DNA of 49,545 nt from Leucoraja ocellata (Eukaryota): positions 124,001 to 173,545 of the forward strand of contig JAWMAR010002034.1 of assembly GCA_036785375.1 (NCBI GenBank), given 5' to 3'. Shown here piece after piece: positions 19,930 to 33,864 of the stretch (its first letter is position 1; each line of letters opens with the position of its first letter). The notes beneath the pieces were generated by a model that did not search any database, had not been told where the DNA came from, and saw nothing but the letters and a program-made list of their open reading frames with translations. The translations under genes were made by a program, and so were the position numbers.

Positions 19930-21860
19930 AGATAATGCTAGCTGGCTGGCCAGCTCTCCCATCTATCCTACTCTCCAACGTCCGCTTCCTGGAAAACAAA
20001 CTGGACAACATCCAACTACAGAGGAGTACACAGCGAGAGACTAGAGACTCCTGTGTCTGTGTTTTACTGAGACATGGCTCAACGATCGAGTCCCGGACGT
20101 GGCCATTCAGCTAGCCGGGCTAGTCTCGCACCGAGCCGACAGAGAACCATCACAGGTACACAAAAATGCTGGAGAAACTCAGCGGGTGCAGCAGCATCTA
20201 TGGAGCGAAGGAAATAGGCGACGTTTCAGGCTGAAACCCTTCTTCAGACTGATGGGGGGTGGGGAGAGAAGGAAGGAAAAAGGGAGGAGGAGGAGCCCGA
20301 GGGCGGGGGGATGGGAGGAGACAGCTTGAGGGTTAAGGAAGGGGAGGAGACAGCAAGGTCTAGCAAAACTGGGAGAATTCAACGTTCATGCCATCCGGAC
20401 GCAAGCAACCCAGGCGGAATATGAGGTGCTGTTCCTCCAATTTCCGGTGTTGCTCACTGTGGCAATGGAGGAGACAGAGAGGTCGGATTGGGAATGGGAG
20501 GGGGAGTTGAAGTGCTGAGCCACCGGGAGGCCAGGTAGGTTATTGCGGACTGAGCGGAGGTGTTCGGCGAAACGATCGCCCAACCTCCGCTTAGTCTCTC
20601 CGATGTAAATCAGCTGACACCTAGAGCAGCGGATGCAGTAGATGAGGTTGGAGGAGATACAGGTAAACCTCTGTCGCACCTGGAACGATTGTTTGGGTCC
20701 TTGAATGGAGTCGAGGGGGGAGGTGAAGGGACAGGTGTTGCATTTCTTGCGGTTGCAACGGAAAGTGCCCGGGGAGGGGGTGGTATGGGAGGGAAGGGAA
20801 GAATTGACAAGGGAGTTGCGCGGTAAGACTCGAGGTGGTGGCATGTGTGTTTACATCAACACTGACTGGTGCAACAACTCTGTCTTAGTCTCCAAGTTCT
20901 GTTCATTGCTGGTGGAGAATGCGATTGTGAGATGTAGACCTTTTTATTTGCCACGGGAGTTTACCACAGTGCTCATTGTTGCTGCTCACATCCCGCCCAG
21001 TGCTAATGCTAAGGAAACACTAGCTGTACTGTACTGTATGGAGCTTTATGCAATCTACAAAACACACACCCAGAAGGACTGTTTATTGCCGTAGGAGATT
21101 TCAACCGTGCAAATCTCAAAACTGTGCTTCCTAAATGTTACCAACATGTGAACTTTGCAACGAGAGGGGAGAATGTGCTAGATCTTGTTTACACCAATAT
21201 ACCCAGCACGTACAGGGTGGAGTCACGCCCCCATCTCGGATACTCAGACCACATCTCTGTCATGCTGATCCCAGCATACAGACTGCTTGTCAGATGCTCC
21301 AGACCAGCTAAGAAACAGGTGAAGACCTGGCCAGCAGGAGCCATCTCTGCTCTCCAGGACTACATTGACTGGCACATGTTTAGGGAGGCAGCAACCACCG
21401 GCGGCACCACTGGCTTGGAGGAGTACACGGCATCAGTGACTGGTTACATCAGTAAATACATTGATGACATTACTGTCACTGAGCTCATCACCACACATCC
21501 CCAACAGTAAACCATGGATGACTGCAGAGGTACGTGCGCTGCTGAGAGCCCGAGACACGGCCTTCAGAGCAGGCGATAAGGAGTCCCTGAGAACAGCGAG
21601 GGCCAAACTGTTCCGGGCCATCAGGGAAGCAAAGCGAGCGCAAGCAAGGAAAATCCACGGCCACTTCAGTGTCAGCAGGACACACTGAAGCCGTGGCAAG
21701 GCATCCAAGCCATCACCAACTTCAGGACATCAACACCAGCCTGTGACAGCGATGCCTCTCTGCCTGATGCGCTGAACATGTTCTACACCCGGTTTGATGC
21801 ACAGAACGACGTGGTGGCGAGGAAGATCACAACCCCCCCCCCCCCCCTGCGACCAGGTGG
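19930..21860 (+). mobile_element. Rex1/Babar-like LINE, endonuclease and linker region, degenerate
   Basis: [62 protein letters not shown] and [10 protein letters not shown]. Interrupted by a Penelope insertion. Confidence 0.8.
20152..20821 (-). mobile_element. Penelope-like element 3' part (GIY-YIG endonuclease + terminal repeat)
   Basis: CNRKKCNTC..FTCISSNLIYCIRCSRCQLIYIGETKRRLGDRFAEH..VAQHFN GIY-YIG signature. Confidence 0.9.
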
Positions 21861-24800
21861 CTATAGAAGCATAGANNNNNNNNNNNNNNNNNNNNNNNNN
21901 NNNNNNNNNNNNNNNNNNNNNNNNNNNNNNNNNNNNNNNNNNNNNNNNNNNNNNNNNNNNNNNNNNNNNNNNNNNNNNNNNNNNNNNNNNNNNNNNNNNN
22001 NNNNNNNNNNNNNNNNNNNNNNNNNNNNNNNNNNNNNNNNNNNNNNNNNNNNNNNNNNNNNNNNNNNNNNNNNNNNNNNTAGACACATAGAGACATAGAC
22101 ACATAGACACATAGACACATAGACACATAGACACATAGACACATAGACACATAGANNNNNNNNNNNNNNNNNNNNNNNNNNNNNNNNNNNNNNNNNNNNN
22201 NNNNNNNNNNNNNNNNNNNNNNNNNNNNNNNNNNNNNNNNNNNNNNNNNNNNNNNNNNNNNNNNNNNNNNNNNNNNNNNNNNNNNNNNNNNNNNNNNNNN
22301 NNNNNNNNNNNNNNNNNNNNNNNNNNNNNNNNNNNNNNNNNNNNNNNNNNNNNNNNNNNNNNNNNNNNNNNNNNNNNNNNNNNNNNNNNNNNNNNNNNNT
22401 AGAAACATAGACACATAGAGACATAGACACATAGAGACATAGAGACACATAGAGACATAGACACATAGACACATAGACACAGACCCATAGACACATAGAC
22501 ACATAGACACATAGACACATAGAGACATAGACACATAGACACATAGAGACATAGACACATAGACACATAGAGACATAGACACATAGAAACATAGAGACAT
22601 AGAGATATGGAGACATAGAGACATAGAGACACATAGAGACATAGACACATAGACACATAGACACAGACCCATAGACACATAGACACATAGACACATAGAC
22701 ACATAGAGACATAGAGACACATAGAGACATAGACACATAGACACAGACACATAGAGACATAGACACATAGAGACATAGAGACATAGAGACATAGAGACAT
22801 AGACACATAGACACATAGAGACATAGACGCATAGAGACATAGAGACATAGAGACATAGAGACATAGAAAAATAGAGACTTAGACACATAGACACATAGAG
22901 ACATAGAGACATAGAAAAATAGAGACATAGACACATAGACACATAGAAACATAGACACATAGACACATAGAGACATAGACACATAGACACATAGACACAT
23001 AGTGACATAGACACATAGAGACATAGACACATAGAAACATAGACACATAGACACATAGACACATAGAAACATAGAGACATAGAAACATAGAGACATAGAA
23101 ACATAGACCAGGCAGACCAGAGGAGGCAGTCATACCCCCATCCATATAAACGGGACTGAGGTGGAGCGCGTCTCCAGCTATAAATTCCTCGGAGTACATA
23201 TCTCGGAGGATTTGTCCTGGTCCCTCAACACCTCCAAGCTGATCAAAAAGGCACAGCAGCGCCTTTACTTCCTGAGGAGGCTCAAGAAAGCCCACCTGTC
23301 CCCCCAGATCCTGACCAACTTTTACCACTGTACCATAGAGAGTATCCTGACCACCTGCTTCACGGTATGGTACAGCAGCTGCACTGCTGCGGACAGGAAG
23401 GCACTACAACGGGTGGTGAAAACCGCGCAGTACATCATCGGTGCCCCGCTCCCTGCCATGGATGCCCTCCACCGAAAACGGTGTCTGAGACGGGCTGGGA
23501 AGATCATCAAAGACCCCTCACACCCCAACCATGGACTGTTTGCCCTCCTCCCATCAGGGAGGCGGTACAGGAGCCTCAGGTCACGTACCAGCAGGATGAG
23601 GAACAGCTTCTACAACAACACAATCACATTGCTGAACTCGGAGTCCCGACGATAGATTTCTCTGGTCCCTCCGTCCCCATTGTTTAATTATTCTGTATTT
23701 CCTGATTATTCTGTATCTTCCCTCTTTCTATTTTTTTTTTTTGTTTTCTTTATGTACAACTACTACGGACTGACGCAAAACTGCATTTCGTTGTACTGAT
23801 ACTTGTATTTTGTGCGATGACATTAAAGTTGAATTGAATTGAATTGTAGACACATAGACACATAGAAACATAGACACATAGACACATAGAGACATAGAAA
23901 CATAGACACATAGAGATATAGAGACATAGAGACATAGAAACATAGACACATAGACACATAGACACATAGACACATAGACACATATAGACATAGACACATA
24001 GACACATAGACACATAGACACATAGAGACATAGAAACATAGACACATAGACACATAGACACATAGACACATAGACACATATAGACATAGACACATAGACA
24101 CATAGACACATAGACACATAGAGACATAGAAACATAGACACATAGAGACATAGAAACATAGACACATATAGACATAGACACATAGACACATAGACACATA
24201 GACACATAGAGATATAGAGACATAGAGACATAGAAACATAGACACATAGACACATAGACACATAGAGACATAGAAACATAGACACATAGAGACATAGAAA
24301 CATAGACACATATAGACATAGACACATAGACACATAGAAACATAGACACATAGAGATATAGAGACATAGAGACATAGAAACATAGACACATAGACACATA
24401 GACACATAGAGACATAGACACATAGAGATATAGACACATAGAGACATAGAAACATAGACACATATAGACATAGACACATAGACACATAGACACATAGACA
24501 CATAGACACATAGAGATATAGAGACATAGAGACATAGAGACATAGACACATAGAGATATAGAGACATAGAGACATAGAAACATAGACACATAGACACATA
24601 GAAACATAGAGATATAGAGACATAGAGACATAGAGACATAGAAACATAGACACATAGAGATATAGACACATAGAGACATAGAGATATAGAGACATAGACA
24701 CATAGAAACATAGACACATAGACACATAGAGATATAGAGACATAGACACATAGAAACGTAGACACATAGAGATATAGACACATAGACACATAGAGATATA

Positions 24801-25188
24801 GAGACATAGACACATAGAAACATAGACACATAGACACATAGACACATAGACACATAGAAACATAGACACATATAGACATAGACACATAGAAACATAGACA
24901 CATAGAGACATAGACACATAGAGACATAGAAACATAGACACATAGAAACATAGACACATAGACACATAGAGACATAGAAACATAGACACATAGAAACATA
25001 GACACATAGAGACATAGACACATAGACACATAGAAACATAGACACATAGAGACATAGAGACATAGACACATAGAAACATAGACACATAGGCACATAGACA
25101 CATAGACACATAGAGACATAGACACATAGAAACATAGACACATAGACACATAGAAACATAGAGACATAGAGACATAGAAACATAGAAA
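21861..25188. repeat. 8-bp satellite (ACATAGA[C/G/A])n with assembly gaps, split by a LINE
   Basis: Directly visible. Contiguous with the (TTTCTATG)n tail of the minus-strand CR1 at 25189. Confidence 0.95.
23109..23846 (+). mobile_element. Rex1/Babar-like LINE 3' fragment inside the satellite
   Basis: Near-identical to the reverse complement of 686-1437. Tail (TTGAA)n. Confidence 0.9.
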
Positions 25189-26790
25189 ATAGGTGCAGGA
25201 TGAGGCCATTCGGCCCTTCGAGCCAGCACCGCCATTCATTGTGATCGTGGCTGATCGTCCCCAATCAATAACCCGTGCCTGCCTTCTCCCCATATCCCTT
25301 GACTAGCCCCTAGAGCTCTATCTAACTCTCTCTTAAATCCATCCAGTGACTTGGCCTCCACTGCCCTCTGTGGCAGGGAATTCCACAAATTCACAACTCT
25401 CTGGGTGAAAAAGTTTTTTCTCACCTCAGTCTTAAATGGCCTCCCCTTTATTCTAAGACTGTGGCCCCTGGTTCTGGACTCGCCCAACATTGGGAACATT
25501 TTTGCTGCATCTAGCTTGTCCAGTCCTTTTATAATTTTATATGTTTCTATAAGAATCCCCCTCATCCTTCTAAACTCCAGTGAATACAAGCCTAGTCTTT
25601 TCAATCTTTCCTCATATGACAGTCCCGCCATCCCAGGGATCAATCTCGTGAACCTACGCTGCACTGCCTCAATCACAAGAATGTCCTTCCTCAAATTAGG
25701 AGACCAAAACTGTACACAATACTCCAGATGTGGCCTCACCAGAGCCATATACAACTGCAGAAGAAGCTCTCTACTACTATACTGAAATCCTCTTGTTATG
25801 AAGGGCAACATTCCATTAGCTTTCTTCACTGCCTGCTGTACCTGTAAGCCAACTTTCAGTGACCGGTGTACAAGGACACCCAGGTCTCGCTGCACCTCCC
25901 CCTTACCTAACCTAACCCCGTTGAGATAATAATCTGCCCCCTTGTTTTTGCCGCCAAAGTGGATAACCTCACATTTATCTATATTATAGTGCATCTGCCA
26001 CACATCTGCCCACTTACTCAACCTGTCCAGGTCACCCTGCAACCTCCTAACATCCTCTTCACAGTTCACACTGTCACCCAGCTTTGTGTCATCCGCAAAC
26101 TTGCTAGTGTTGCTCCTAATTCCCTCTTCCAAATCATGAATATATATATGGTAAACAGTTGCGGCCCCAACACCGAGCCTTGCGGCACTCCACTCACCAC
26201 TGCCTGCCATTCTGAAAAGGACCCGTTCACTTCTACTATTTGCTTCTGGTCTGCCAACCAATTTTCTATCCACGTCAACACCCTACCCCCAATACCATGT
26301 GTTCTAATTTTGGTCACCAGTCTCCCGTGCGGGACCTTATCAAAGGCTTTCTGAAAGTCTAGATACACTACATCCACTGGCACCCCTTCATCCATTTTAC
26401 TTGTCACATCCTCAAAACATTCCAGAAGATTAGTCAAGCATGATTTCCCTTTCATAAAACCATGTTGACTTGGACTAATCCTTTTACTGCTATCCAAATG
26501 CCCCATTATCACCTCTTTAATAATTGACTCCAGCATCTTTCCCATCATCGAAGTCAGGCTAACTGGCCTGTAATTCCCCGTTTTCTCTCTCGCTCCTTTC
26601 TTGAAAAGTGGGATAACATTAGCGCTGCGCTACCTCATAACGCTGCACTCTCTGAATAGCAAAAATGTCCTTCCTCAAATTAGGGGACCAAATCTGTACA
26701 CAATACTCCAGGTGTGGTCTGACTAGGGCCCTGTGCAACTGCAGAAGGACCTCTTTGTTCCTATACTCAAATCTTCTTGGTAGAAAGGCC
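25189..26790 (-). mobile_element. CR1 LINE fragment(s)
   Basis: ORFs 25236-26273 and 26066-26548 with [33 protein letters not shown] and HLEYCVQFWSP. A further short piece lies at 26620-26790. Confidence 0.9.
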
Positions 26791-26937
26791 ATGCAAACCT
26801 CTTCTCTTGAGCTTGGCAGTCTGAATCTAGTGCCATAACTATTCATAACTGTGTTCATACTGAATCAGATTTTGACGGTGTGAGGCGCGTATTGGCTTTT
26901 GATGGTATGATACGGGAATTTGCTAGGATAAACTGAA

Positions 26938-27666
26938 TTCAGGCAGACCAGAGGGGGCAGACATACCCCCATCCATATAAACGGGACTGAGGTGGAGCGC
27001 GTCTCCAACTACAAATTCCTCGGGGTACACATCTCGGAGGATCTGTCCTGGTCCCTCAACACCTCCAAGCTGATCAAAAAGGCACAGCAGCGCCTTTACT
27101 TCCTGAGGAGGCTCAAGAAAGCTCACCTGTCCCCCCAGATCCTGACCAACGTTTACCGCTGTACCATCAAAAGCATCCTGACCACCTGCTTCACGGTATG
27201 GTACAGCAGTTGCACCGTAGCGGACAGGAAGGCACTACAACGGGTGGTGAAAACCGCGCAGCACATCATCGGTGCCCCGCTCCCTGCCATGGATGCCCTC
27301 CACCGAAAACGGTGTCTGAGACGGGCCGGGAAGATCATCAAAGACCCCTCCCACCCCAACCATGGACTGTTTGCCCTCCTCCCATCAGGGAGGCAGTACA
27401 GGAGCCTCAGGTCTCGTACCAGTAGGATGAGGAACAGCTTCTACAATAATACCATCACATTGCTGAACTCGGAGTCCCGCCGATAGATTTCTCCGGTTTC
27501 TCCGTCCACACCGTTCGATTTCGATTATTGTTTGATTATTCTATATTTTTTATTTTTATTTCTATATTGCACTATACTATGGACTGACGCTAAACTGCAT
27601 TTCGTTGTACCCATACTCGTATTTGTGCAATGACATTAAAGTTGAATTGAATTGAATTGAATTGAA
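26938..27666 (+). mobile_element. Rex1/Babar-like LINE 3' fragment
   Basis: ORF 26992-27486 is nearly identical to 23161-23655. Tail (TTGAA)n. Confidence 0.9.
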
Positions 27667-28970
27667 ATGATACTTAAAGGCTTGACGATAGATATGCAAT
27701 GGCAAACATTTAAAGATCCTATGGATGAATTGCACCAATTGTTCACCCGTCAGGTGTAAAAATAAAACAGGGAAGGCGGCTCAACAGTGGCAAATAATGG
27801 AAATTAGGGAATATTAAATCCAGGCATATAAATTGGCCAGATAAAGCAACAAACTGGGAGAAATTTAAATTTAATATTTAACAGAGGAGGACAAATGGAT
27901 GAATTCAGTGGGGGTAAATAGAGCATGAAAGGAAATTTGTGGGGGAAATATTAGTGAAGACAAATATAGGCCCCTTACAGTCAGAAACAGGTTAATTTAT
28001 ACTGGGAAACAAGAAATTGGCAGACCAGTTACACAAATACTTTGGTTCTGTCTTCACTAAGGAAGACACAAACAATCTTCCAGAAATACAAGGGGACCGA
28101 GGATCTAGTGGGAGGGAGGAAGTGAAGGGAATCCACATGATTCAGGAAATGTTGTTAGGTAAACTGTTGGGACAGAAGACATGTAAATCCCCAGGGCCTG
28201 ATGGTCTGCATCCGAAACAACACAAGGAGGTGGCCCTCGAAATCGCGCATGTATTGGTAATCATTTTCCAATGTTCTATAGACATTTGGTTAGTTCCAGT
28301 GAACTGGAGGGTACCTAATGTAACCCCACCTTTTAAGAAAGAGGGGAAAGAGAAAACAGGGAATTATAGACCAGTTAGCCTGACATTGGTAGTGGGTTGT
28401 ACAGGGCTCTGGTGAGAACACACCTGAGCATCTGGTGCAATTTTGGTCTCCTAATTTGCGGAAGGACATCCGTGTCAATGAATGAGCACAGCGTAGGTTC
28501 ACAGGGTTAATTCCCGGGATGTCTGGACAGACATATGATGAAAGAATGGATCGACTGGGCTTAAATGAAGGGATTAAGATGGGTGAGAGGAGATCTTATA
28601 GAAAGATATATAATTCTTAAGGGTTTGGACAGGCTGGATGCAGGAAAAATGTTCCTGATATTGGGGGTTCAGACCTATGGGTCACGATTTAAGAATAAGG
28701 ATTAGGCCATTTAGTACTGAGATGAGGAAAACCTTTTTTTTAGCAAGAGAGTTGTGAATTTGTGGAATTCTCTGCCTCAGAAGGCAGTGGAGGCCAATTC
28801 ACTGGATGTTTTCAAGAGAGAGCTAGATATAGCGCTTGGGGCTAATGGAATCAAGGGATATGGGGAGAAAGCAAGAACGGGGTAATGATTTTGGACGATC
28901 ACATTGAATGACGGTTTGTGCTCGATAGGCCAAACGACCTCCGCCTGCACCTATTTTCTATGTTTTTATA
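27667..28970 (+). mobile_element. Old CR1 fragment with internal deletion
   Basis: [29 protein letters not shown], then a jump to 3' ORF2/UTR sequence. Confidence 0.75.
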
Positions 28971-29429
28971 TTTAACTAATGTGTTCTAAGTAACCTGCGA
29001 ACCCTGGTATACCTGCTTTCTGCACTGTGGGATCAATTAGCCTGTTCCTTTCTATATAACTTGCTAGCCTCTGTGCCACTATGCTAAAGAAAATCTTACC
29101 ATCTACATTTAGGAGACAAACAGCCTAAACTGATTTAACTCTGGAGACTCTTTCTTCTAGGGAATGAACATTCCCCCTGCTCTATGCCAAACCCTTGGTA
29201 TGACCTGCTTCTACCAAACTATTGGACAGAGCCTCTGCGAGAATCTAAGCACATCAGGTGCACTTTTATGTACCCGGTAAGGGACTCCATTTGGTCCCGG
29301 TGCAGAAGAAGCCTTTCCACGCCATATTACTGCTTCCACTGCCTTCCACTTTTGTGGCAAAACATCTAACTCTAACATCTGTCTCCTAAGGTGGTAACTC
29401 TGGAGGGAGACACGGGCCCGATACTGGGG

Positions 29430-32400
29430 CCCATGATGACTGAGGATTGGCGGGAAGCTAACGTAACCCCACTTTTTAAGAAGGGAGGGAGAGAGAAAAC
29501 GGGGAATTACAGACCAGTTAGTCTAACATCGGTTGTGGGGAAACTGCTAGAGTCAGTTATTAAAGATGGGATAGCAGCACATTTGGAAAGTGGTGAAATC
29601 ATTGGACAAAGTCAGCATGGATTTACGAAAGGTAAATCATGTCTGACGAATCTGATAGAATTTTTCGAGGATATAACTAGTAGCGTGGATAGGGGAGAAC
29701 CAGTGGATGTGGTGTATCTGGACTTCCAGAAGGCTTTCGACAAGGTCCCACATAAGAAATTAGGATACAAACTTAATGTACATGGCATTGGGGGTTCAGT
29801 ATTGATGTGGATAGAGAACTGGCTGGCAAACAGGAAGCAAAGAGTAGGAATAAACGGGTCCTTTTCACAATGGCAGGCAGTGACTAGTGGGGTACCGCAA
29901 GGCTCAGTGCTGGGATCCCAGCTATTTACAATATATATTAATGATCTGGATGAGGGAATTGAAGGCAATATCTCCAAGTTTGCGGATGACACTAAGCTGG
30001 GGGGCAGTGTTAGCTGTGAGGAGGATGCTAGGAGACTGCAAGGTGACTTGGATAGGCTGGGTAAGTGGGCAAATGTTTGGCAGATGCAGTATAATGTGGA
30101 TAAATGTGAGGTTATCCATTTTGGTGACAAAAACAGGAAAGCAGACTATCATCTAAATGGTGGCCGATTAGGAAAAGGGGAGATGCAGCGAGACCTGGGT
30201 GTCATGGTACACCAGTCATTGAAAGTAGGCATGCAGGTGCAGCAGGCACTGAAGAATGCGAATGGTATGTTAGCTTTCATAGCAAAAGGCCTAAGGTGCT
30301 GTTTTGAGACAACAGATTGGGATGTGTTCTGTGAGGAGTATGGGGAAGACATTGACGGCCTAACAGAATGCATTACCCATTACATCAATTTCTGTTATGA
30401 TGACATCATGCCATCCAGGGTAATTCGTTGCTACCCTAATAACAAACCATGGATTACCAGCAGCCTGAAGGCCTTACTAAATGAGAAGAAAAAGGCTTTC
30501 AGGGTGGGTGACAGGAATAAAATCAAAGAAATTCAAAGGGAACTGAAGGTGAGGATTAAGGAGGGGAAAGAAGCATATAGGCTCAAACTGGAACGACAGC
30601 TGCAGCAAGATGGAGTGAAGCAGGTATGGGCTGGAATGAAAAAGATCACGGGTATGAAGCAGAAGGGCGGTACACTGCCTGATGGTGAACAGAATCTGGC
30701 TGATGATCTGAACAGATTTTTCAACAGATTTGACTGCCCCACACCATCCCAGCCTCCCCCACCTGGTCTGCTGAACGTTGATGCTTCCTCACCATCTCCC
30801 CTCCCTCTCTCCAATACTCCTGAGATGTCATCTGCACGGGGTCCCCCCTTCCCACCTACTACTACACCACCAGCCCCACCTATGACTCTTCATACTGCGC
30901 AGGTCAAGATGATGCTGGACAGACTGAAGCCAGGGAAAGCAGTGGGGCCCGATGACATCAGCCCAAGGCTACTGAAGACTTGCTCCTCAGAGCTGTGTGG
31001 TATTCTAACACACCTGTTCAACCTGAGCTTGCGTCTACAGAAGGTCCCAAGGCTGTGGAAAACATCTTGCCTGGTACCTGTCCCAAAGAAGACCTATCCC
31101 ACTCACCACAATGACTACAGACCAGTAGCGCCCACTTCACATATTATGAAGACATTTGAGAGACTTGTCCTCTCCTACCTCAGGACTAGTGTGTCAACTC
31201 AAATGGATCCTTTACAGTTTGCATATCAGCCCAACATCAGTGTCGATGATGCCCTTATTTACATGCTGCAGAGGGCGTACACACATCTGGACATCCCTGA
31301 TGCATCTGTAAGAATTACATTCTTTGACTTCTCTAGCGCTTTTAACACAATTCAGCCTCGACTGCTAGGGGAGAAGATGGAGAAGATGAAGGTGGATCCA
31401 TTAATGGTACTGTGGTGTTTGGATTACCTTTTCCTCAGACCACAGTATGTGCGCCTACAGAACAATGTCTCAAGCACCATCATGAGCAGCACAGGGGCTC
31501 CACAAGGAACTGTGCTGGCTCCATTCCTGTTTACCATCTACACAGCGGATTGTCAATATAACACCAGCAGCTGCTTTTTGCAGAAATTTTCAGATGACAC
31601 AGCTGTTGTCGGCCTCATCAAAGGGGGCAATGAGGAGGAGTATAGAGACACAATTAACAACTTTGTGGAGTGGAGTGCACACAATAATCTCCATCTCAAC
31701 ACCACAAAAACGAAGGAGATAGTTGTGGATTTCAGGAGGGGGAGGAGGAGGACTCAACCAACACCAATCACCATCAGGGGCACTGAGGTGGAGGTGGTCG
31801 CCAACCACAGGTACCTTGGTGTGCAGCTTGACAGTGAGCTGGACTGGAAGAGTCATATGGAGGCGGTGTACAGGAAGGGACAAAGTAGACTGTATTTTTT
31901 AAGGAGGCTAAAGTCATTTAATATCTGCCAACCCCTACTGTGCAGTGTCTACCATTCAGTGGTGGCCAGTGCTCTGTTTTTTGCTGTGGCCTGTTGGGGA
32001 GAAGGCGCCCGAATAGCGGACAAAAACAGACTGGACAAGCTGATCAGAAAGGCCGGCTCAGTGGTTGGGGCTGAGCAACTAACGGTCCAACAGGTGGCAG
32101 AGGCCAGAACTCTGAAAAAACTAGGCTCAATAATGACCAACCCCACTCACCCACTCCACGCCCTGAAGGTGATCAAGTGCAGCATCTTCAGTCAGAGACT
32201 GATTGCACCAATGTGCAAAACGGAGAGACATAGGAAGTCTTGTATACCAGCTGCTATAAGGTTTTATAATGCACAAAAATTTTAACTTATTAAGTATTGA
32301 AGATATCTGTTGAAATGTGTGGTGTTATGTCTGTCTTGAAGCTGTTGTGGCACTGTAATTTCCTGTAAAGGATTATTAAAGGTTATTATTATTATTATTA

Positions 32401-33035
32401 TTAAAAGGATTTGAGTATAGGAGCAGGGAGGTTCTACTGCAGTTGTACAGGGTCTTGGTGAGACCACACCTGGAGTATTGCGTACAGTTTTGGTCTCCAA
32501 ATCTGCGGAAGGACATTATTGCCATAGAGGGAGTGCAGAGAAGGTTCACCAGGCTGATTCCTGGGATGTCAGGACTGTCTTATGAAGAAAGACTGAATAG
32601 ACTTGGTTTATACTCTCTAGAATTTAGGAGATTGAGAGGGGATCTTATAGAAACTTACAAAATTCTTAAGGGGTTGGACAGGCTAGATGCAGGAAGATTG
32701 CTCCCGATGTTGGTGAAAGCCAGGACAAGGGGTCACAGCTTAAGGATAAGGGGGAAATCCTTTAAAACCGAGATGAGAAGAACTTTTTACACACAGAGAG
32801 TGGTGAGTCTATGGAACTCTCTGCCGCGGAGGGTAGTCGAGGCCAGTTCATTGGCTATATTTAAGAGGGAGTTAGATGTGGCCCTTGTGGCTAAGGGGAT
32901 CAGAGGGTATGGAGAGAAGGCAGGTACGGGATACTGAGTTGGATGATCAGCCATGATCATATTGAATGGCGGTGCAGGCTCGAAGGGCCGAATGGCCTAC
33001 TCCTGCACCTAATTTCTATGTTTCTATGTTTCTAT
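29430..33035 (+). mobile_element. CR1 LINE (5'-truncated) hosting a nested LINE
   Basis: RT 29430-30289 resumes at 32403 ([26 protein letters not shown]). Tail (tttctatg)n at ~33013-33035. Confidence 0.9.
30290..32402 (+). mobile_element. Rex1/Babar-like LINE (second family), young, uninterrupted RT frame
   Basis: CFETTDWDVF, YPNNKPWIT, NDYRPVA, DPLQFAY, FFDFSSAFNTI, GAPQGTVLAPFLF and KFSDDT. (ATT)n tail. TSD AAAAGG at 30284-89 and 32403-08. Confidence 0.9.
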
Positions 33036-33864
33036 GACAGGCCCACTCAGTATTCAAACAAGGTAAGGTCCGAAAACACAAGGCCCATTCAGTGTTGGTG
33101 TTGCATGATGCCACAGAAAGTAGGCCCAATCTCTATTCAATGTACTCTGGGCCCAATCACTTTAGCCGCGGTTACCCTGATAGTGCGCTGAATGGGCCAA
33201 ATGCAATCAGCCGAGAGTAGTCCAGGATACCCAACTAGTGGGATGAGTGGCTTTGTGGCTCCATGTGGCCTATTCTTATTTTGGGGGCCGATACTAACTC
33301 ACTCACCCGCCATCAAAGGCCCAATCAATGTCTAAGTGAAAGCGCACCCAAGATGGGTACCAGGCAAATAGATCTGAACTAATTTACAATCCTTTGGAGT
33401 CATGCAATCCCAGCTAATTCCAGAAATGGTGGAACACGAGGAAAAACGAGAGCACATTTAGAGCAAGGTGCTGGTTCCTTCGATAAACAAATATAGCAAA
33501 CTAGGTTAGGCTTTTGTAGTTCCGCTTTTATTTGTGATTTAACAGAAACATATTACAGAGATGTTTTTAAAAGCATAACACGAAGTGGTCAAAACAACTG
33601 AATTCCACACTGAGACCAGGTACATTGAACATGTAGCTTGAGAGTCAAAGGTTAGCTCTGAATTAAGGACAATTGAGCAAAAAAGGAGTAAATAGATATT
33701 TGCTCATATACGGAATGTGTGCATGCGTTGGATTGTTGGGTATGTATTTACACATGCATTGACATTACATTTATTTACAGGCCTTCGGTTAGGCCGCACT
33801 TGCAGTATAGTGTGGAGGTCCAGGTCGTCCCTTCGAGGGAATAATGTGGAGGCTTTGGCGAAGA

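Noticed and set aside
21730-25293. Long Cys/Val/Tyr/Ser/Met-rich ORFs
   Set aside because: Translations of the 8-bp satellite and N gaps; not genes.
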